Origin: the human T2T-CHM13v2.0 reference genome, Homo sapiens
DNA length: 64,000 bases
Reading direction: 5' to 3' (one strand)
NCBI RefSeq assembly: GCF_009914755.1
Contig: NC_060925.1
Shown here: piece after piece, positions 56,594 through 64,000 of the stretch
How positions within the stretch are numbered: the stretch's first letter is position 1
Layout of the letters: every line of letters begins with the position of its first letter
Notes under the pieces: model-generated
Told to the model about the DNA's origin: nothing
Databases searched by the model: none
What the model saw: only the letters and a program-made list of their open reading frames with translations
Program-made: the position numbers and the translations under genes

Positions 56594-57399
56594 TTAAATA
56601 TAATAACTAACGAATAAGTTGTTCATTAAATAAAACTTGTTGTTTGAGGTACCCATCATTGAATATGGGGGGGTAGAGTCTTGAAGATCAGCTGTTATGG
56701 GTGTTGCAGAGGAGATCCCTGCATAGATAGTAGATTGGATTAGAGAGCCTCTTTCAATCCTAAAGTGTACGAATGTGCTTTGTCAAGCATTATAGAAATG
56801 CAAAGTAGTATTATTCATCTGATGCAGAAATAAGTGAATTTGTGCTATTTAAATCCTGAAGTGCAGGGATGCTAAATATACATAAGATCTGAATATTAAT
56901 ATAATTATTTTTTTTGTAGAAATAGGAGTTGCTCTAGCCTGTCCCTTTTACTCCTCTCCACCCTACTCCCCACAAGAGTCAAGAACTTTTGTGCTCTGTT
57001 CCCTTCCTTTATCATTTGCTCTTCTTCTTTCTTCAGTCTTGAGTGCTCGGCAGTTGATTCCTGTGCTTGGGTTCCCTAAAACTGTATATATATATATACA
57101 CATATATAAATCAAAGCGTGTTCTTCCCCTCACTCCGGGTTCTTCTAGCTGTGGGTGTCACCCACATAGCGCTGAAACAACGAACAAGGGAGCATTGTCC
57201 TCGGCTAGTGGGCGCCTGGTCCATGTGGCAGCTCAAACCCAGGAATTGTGGGGTCTAATCGAGGTGGTTAGATGAGGCTCCTCGTTTTCGGGAATGGTGG
57301 TCCGCAAGGTCTTCTCGAGGCCCCTCTACACACTCCCCAACTTAGGTCACAATTTATGTATCTGTCTGGTTAAAGCTTCGTATTAGAAAGGGAGGGAAC

Positions 57400-58400
57400 C
57401 CAAAGTATCTTTTCTCTTCGGGGTCTCAACCGGCCAACCACCACGTTTTTAGGCCGACCTGGGAGGCAGGGGGAACGCAACAGACTGCGAAGTCCTTAAG
57501 GAAGAATCTAAACAAGTCCGCCGTTTGCTGTTTGGGAGTGCGATACAAAATGAATATGTACGCAGGTGGAACGTAGACTGCAGATTTTGAGCCAGCGGCG
57601 TTTCTGCCGAAATCCTGGCAAATTCCGGTAGAAGTCGGCTGCAGGAGGCGGAGGAGGAGACTAAAAAACCAGAAAACAACCAGCAAACCAGCTAGGCAGA
57701 GCTGAGCGGAGAAGCTCCAGAGCCTTTTAAAGAGACTCTCGTCACATGACACCCCCAACCCCGACCCCCAGCCGGCGCGCCTCCGCCCTCGGGTGGCGGG
57801 GCCGCCTGGCGTCACTTCCGTCCAGACCGGAACCCAAGATGGCTGCGCTGTTGCTGAGGTGACTTCAGTGGGACTGGGAGTTGGTGCCTGCGGCCCTCCG
57901 GAGATCTGAACTGGCCCCTCACGTTTTGCTGATAACTGTTTATCCTGTGCCTGGGCAGGGAAAGGACCCATGGGTGTGGAGGCCAAGCGCTCGGGGATCC
58001 TAGAGACCCCTTTTCCCGTCCCCCCCAGCCGCTCCGGTGCGCTCCGTAGGGCTTCGGGGTCACTGACTTCGTATCGAGGGGCCCTCGGCTCTCGCCCCTT
58101 CTGTTTTCCCCACCTCCTCTAGTACTTCTAACGCAAATTGCTCTCGGGCCTGCACCCAGAGCCGAGCTCTGAGAAAATAACTTCAAGGTCAGCCACCCAT
58201 GGGTCCTACGATTTCGAGAGCGTATTTAGACATTTAGCTTCGGAGAGAGAGATCTTCGTGTATTTTGCCTTTGCTTCGAATGCCTTCAGACACTAGCTGC
58301 TCCCACCGTGAGTGGGCGCTGTCTGGGTTCCCAGCGGGCTGCTGGCAAAGGGTGGATCCCTACTGGGGTGGCGATTAGCATTAGCACCCAGGGCGGACCT
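57400..58400 (+). promoter_or_regulatory. SDHC: SDHC CpG-island promoter (TATA-less)
   Basis: CpG-dense; GC boxes, paired ETS/GABP sites CACTTCCG (57813-57820) and CCGGAA (57827-57832), GTCACATGAC (57741-57750), and YY1-like CAAGATGGCTGC overlapping the ATG. Confidence 0.85.
57839..57858 (+). CDS. SDHC: SDHC coding exon 1 (MAALLLR...), succinate dehydrogenase cytochrome b560 subunit; remaining exons not found in the window
   Basis: AAG-ATG GCT GCG CTG TTG CTG AG|GTGACT; 20-bp coding exon in a CpG island divergent from MPZ. Confidence 0.9.
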
Positions 58401-59140
58401 CTGCTGCCCCAGAGCAACCCGGGGAATTCATTTTTAGTTAATCATTTTACTTGGGAGGGAGAGTGAGTGTCCCAGTTTTTCTCTAAAATGTGAATTAGTT
58501 GTCCAGAGAAATACCCTAGATTTTCTTTCATTCTGAACTTTCCGCTGTCTAGGTCTCATTCTCTGCTCAGCCTCTCTAGTCACAGCGACTAGCGCCTTTA
58601 GACACGCCTGGTACAAATCCCAGCATAGTTTTGTGCCAGCCTTATTTTTGGAAATTGTTTGTTATGGAAAGTTAGCTTCAATGCTGTTGAGATTTCAATC
58701 CCTGATTTCCCCAAATGTGTTCTCATTTCTCTTTCCACTTCAGTCACCCAGTTTAAAAATAGAGGGACTTTGTTTAGTTTTTCTGTGACAAAATGATTCC
58801 TCTTGGAGTTGAAATCAGGGTTATCTTAATCCTTCATTTTCTCCCTGTTTTTCATCTCCATATGTATCTTCTGTCTAAGGTATGCCAAGGCTTGTCTTGC
58901 CAGTGCTGTCTTCTTTATTCCAGATGGTTTGACCATAATTGAATGCTTTTGAATTCTCTGATATATTTTGGTATCGATGTTAGGGGCTTTTGGTAAAATT
59001 AACATTTAGTTTGAAGTGATCATATTGGTTCCAAACAGTTCATTTTAGGAGTTTTGGAATTAGTGTTTAAAAGCTGAGGATCATTATAGTCATTAAGTGT
59101 ATCCATACAGTATCATTTTGAGTTGTGCAGCGCTGTCCAC

Positions 59141-60037
59141 TGAAGGGATGGGTCGCCCCTCCACACCTGTGGGTGTTTCTCGTTAGGTGGAACGAGAGAC
59201 TTGGAAAAGAAAGAGACACAGACAAAGTATAGAGAAAGAAAAAAGGGGGCCCAGGGAACCGGCGTTCAGCATACAGAGGATCCCCGCCGGCCTCTGAGTT
59301 CCCTTAGTATTTATTGATCATTATTGGGTGTTTCTCGGAGAGGGGGATGTGGCAGGGTCATAGGATAATAGTGGAGAGAAGGACAAAGGTCTCTGCATCA
59401 TAAGGTAAAGAATTAAGTGGTGTGCTTTAGATACGTATACACATAAACATCTCAATGCCTTGAAGAGCAGTATTGCTGCCCACATGTCCCATCTCCAGCC
59501 CTAAGGCGGTTTTCCCCTATCTCAGTAGATGGAATATACAATCGGGTTTTACACCGAGACATTCCATTGCCCAGGGATGATCAGGAGACAGATGCCTTCC
59601 TCTTGTCTCAACTGCAAAGAGGCGTTCCTTCCTCTTTTGCTAATCCTCTTCAGCACAGACCCTTTACGGGGGTCTGGGGGACGGTCAGGTCTTTCCCTTC
59701 CCACGAGGCCATATTTCAGACTATCACATGGGGAGAAACCTTGGACAATACCTGGCTTTCCTAGGCGGAGGTCCTTGCGGCCTACCGCAGTGTTTTGTGT
59801 CCCTGGGTACTTGAGATTAGGGAGTGGTGACGACTCTTAATGAGCATGCTGCCTTCAAGCATTTGTTTAACAAAGCACATCTTGCACAGCCCTTAATCCA
59901 TTTAACCCTGAGTTGACACAGCACATGTCTAAGGGAGCACAGGGTTGGAGGTAGGGTTACAGATTAAAATGGAGTCTCTTATGTCTACTTTCTATACGGA
60001 CACCTTAACAATCTGATCTCTCTTTCTTTTCCCCATA
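59141..60037 (-). mobile_element. Solo HERV-K(HML-2) LTR5 (older LTR5A/B type), antisense in SDHC intron 1
   Basis: On the minus strand starts TATGGGGAAAAGAAAGAGAG and ends GGGGCGACCCATCCCTTCA. 6-bp TSD GTCCAC at 59135-59140 and 60038-60043; shares SINE-R homology with the SVA. Confidence 0.92.
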
Positions 60038-60403
60038 GTCCACACTAGGATTCAATGCCAAGAAAGGTATATTTTTCATTAGTGGTAATCTGAAGCTCTC
60101 GTGGAAAGGACACCTCCATTTCTCATAAGGGATTTTTTTAGGAGGATAAATGAGGAATTAAAAATTTTTTTTTTCTTGATAGAAGTTCCCAGTCTAATTC
60201 CATTTCACTAGAGGGATTTGGAACTGTTTATAATGTGCTGATTTAACCTCAAAGGAAAATACCTTCTGAGAAATCCTAGGAGCTGATTTCTGGTTCTACA
60301 TTTATTTTGGACAAGTCAAGGTCATTGATTCCATGATTTTGGTTTCCTCATTTGTGTTGCAAACGGCAATAACTTGGGCCCACTTAAGAGAAATATTGGT
60401 TAA

Positions 60404-63186
<2,783 letters not shown>

Positions 63187-64000
63187 TAGGAATTGAGTTT
63201 TGAAGGATGAGTTTAACAGGCTCTGAGGGAGGCTCTATTCAGAGAACAGCATGAGCAAAGGCATGTGGTCAAAAGATGGTTTGCTGTAGCTGGACATAAT
63301 GTAATGTTCAGTGTGGCAGAATTACAGTGGATTGAAAGGAATTTGTGGGAGGTTAGGTCCAGAGAGTTGGCCACGTTGTGAAGTGCGTTGTTTGCCCACA
63401 GTTTGGATCTTATACTGTAAGCAGCGGGAAATTGTTAAAGACTTTTAGGCAGGAGAATGATGAAACCATGTTATTTTATTTATTTTTCAGTAAATTAGTG
63501 TTGGTGTTATTGAATGATATGTAAGAGATTGGTGCGAGGGAGATCAGTTCAGGAGCTCTTGTTACAGTCCTAGTGAGAAACGAAGAGGATATAGACTATA
63601 GCAATGGATTGGAATGAATTTTCCTAGCTGTTAATGATAGGATTGGGTGATGCCATCATATGGGGGGGGTGGTGAAAGAAAAGAAATCAAGGATGACTTA
63701 GGTTATAGTTTGGTAGTTGGGTGGTAATAATCATTAACCAGAACTTTTGTATACAAATTATTATTCATCATGCCATTCAAAGTTATATATCTATTTTATT
63801 GTTGCTGTTACCTAGACATTTATGAAACTTTTTGGTATACCATCAGATCAAGTTTAGAAACTCATTATATTACAGTCATATAATGTATGACTATAATAAG
63901 ATAAATTATAGTCACATCTTGTTTTGGACTAAAAATGGTATTCAGTTTGATCACATAGACTTGGCTTTGAATAACTTTTTTTTTCCAGAAATCAAATTTA

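Noticed and set aside
57426-58186. 186-aa and 124-aa minus-strand ORFs over the SDHC promoter
   Set aside because: CpG-island artefact with no recognisable domain.

Overview
Primate, almost certainly human, genomic DNA matching the PCP4L1-MPZ-SDHC neighbourhood (human 1q23.3 from established knowledge). The window begins in the env remnant and 3' LTR12 of an ERV9-class provirus (1-1290). It then contains the complete 3-exon PCP4L1 gene (+, CDS 2436-27896, 68 aa), the complete 6-exon MPZ/P0 gene (-, CDS 53350-49284, 248 aa, plus an intact 63-codon stop-readthrough extension, L-MPZ), and exon 1 and part of intron 1 of SDHC (+, ATG 57839), head-to-head with MPZ. All splice junctions were read from the sequence and give the expected reading frames. 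The rest is repeat-dense: dozens of Alus, a full-length SVA in PCP4L1 intron 1, a solo HERV-K LTR5 in SDHC intron 1, ERVL/MLT2, MER21, MER44, MER20-like, L1, L2 and microsatellites. Most interesting non-standard observations: a G-quadruplex motif exactly 8 nt after the leaky MPZ UAG; a 5'-truncated SCRIB retrocopy at 42.7-43.0 kb; a possible decayed multi-exon gene on the minus strand at ~31-34.5 kb; an LTR12 with a mutated poly(A) signal upstream of PCP4L1; and a splice-acceptor-like site directly before the upstream MPZ ATG. No rRNA, tRNA, CRISPR array or prokaryote-type system was seen. Repeat family calls are by eye, without RepeatMasker or BLAST, and many repeat boundaries are approximate.
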